A stretch of 63,757 nt of DNA, counting the filler, from Octopus bimaculoides (lineage: Eukaryota): NCBI RefSeq assembly GCF_001194135.2. It is 5 parts of 3 records of this genome, joined end to end, with 100 filler letters (N's around TTAATTAATTAA, not from the genome) between each part and the next. Parts side by side here need not be neighbours in the genome. Positions count along the whole stretch, not along the records: positions 62,743 to 63,757 come from NW_026424248.1; 4 more parts are not named here. One strand, 5' to 3'. Position 1 is the stretch's first letter, and each line of letters opens with the position of its first letter. The notes under the pieces were generated by a model that saw only the letters and a program-made list of their open reading frames with translations, ran no database searches and was not told the DNA's origin. Positions 63,420 to 63,757 of the stretch are shown one piece after another. The position numbers and the translations under genes were made by a program.

Positions 63420-63757
63420 GACATCTCCATTGCATCCCACAATTCCAAACCTGCTATAATAAATTTTTTCCTACACCCCCACTCCGGTCAACTTATGATC
63501 TAGGCTAGCAGACTCCTTCTCACTCGGATCACTGACCTCAGATATCCTATTACACACTTTCAAGATCTACATTCTTAACTTAAACGTCCAACATAGTTGG
63601 TCATTCTCCCATTTCACATGGGATATTCTTTTGTTTTGTAAAATTACTTCTCATCTGATTATTACAGTCTTTTATAATGATGTAATGTTCTCATTCTTCT
63701 ATTAAAGGTTACGTAAGAAACAGCTGTAATGAGCTGACAATTATCCATCGTATGTTA
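63420..63757 (+). repeat. Second copy of the 25560-26210 repeat, without the SINE
   Basis: Reads gatatcctattacacactttt once where the 25.6-kb copy has TSD-SINE-TSD. Confidence 0.8.

Larger units (their letters stand above)
1..63757. repeat. Dense simple-sequence repeats throughout
   Basis: (AT)n, (AC)n, (AG)n, (ATAC)n, (GATA)n, (TAC)n, (CTT)n, (GAT)n and (ATT)n tracts, many bordering N-gaps. Confidence 0.98.

Noticed and set aside
1-63757. Long ORFs in the supplied track (YIYI, CVCV, HTHT, ERER, SLSL, poly-X)
   Set aside because: They are translations of microsatellites or N-runs, with no coding signal.

Overview
AT-rich, gap-riddled animal genomic DNA, almost certainly a coleoid cephalopod and probably Octopus. 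That assignment is inferred from the tRNA-derived SINE families and dense (AT)n/(AC)n/(AG)n microsatellites and was not verified by search. Roughly a fifth of the window is N-gaps, including four synthetic 44N-TTAATTAATTAA-44N scaffold joins. Nearly all long ORFs in the supplied track are microsatellite or N-run artefacts. The repeat content is at least five SINE families (some modular chimeras), decayed Tc1/mariner elements (mariner, a DD37E/TRT-like element with a DD37D/maT-like element nested in it, Tc1, pogo), hAT and piggyBac-type MITEs, RTE and Tx1 LINE 3' fragments, and Penelope-like remnants. Two candidate spliced host genes are visible by eye: the 3' end of a plus-strand gene for a probable GPI-anchored protein (10.7-12.8 kb) and the 5' exons of a minus-strand gene with a 17-nt microexon (31.3-39.6 kb). 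The most unusual object is a 412-bp retro-inserted element (22697-23108, 14-bp TSD) that folds back on itself over about 350 nt with a well-formed type I hammerhead ribozyme at the apex. Several minimal Penelope-type hammerheads occur elsewhere. All gene models, family names and folds were derived by eye and need computational confirmation.
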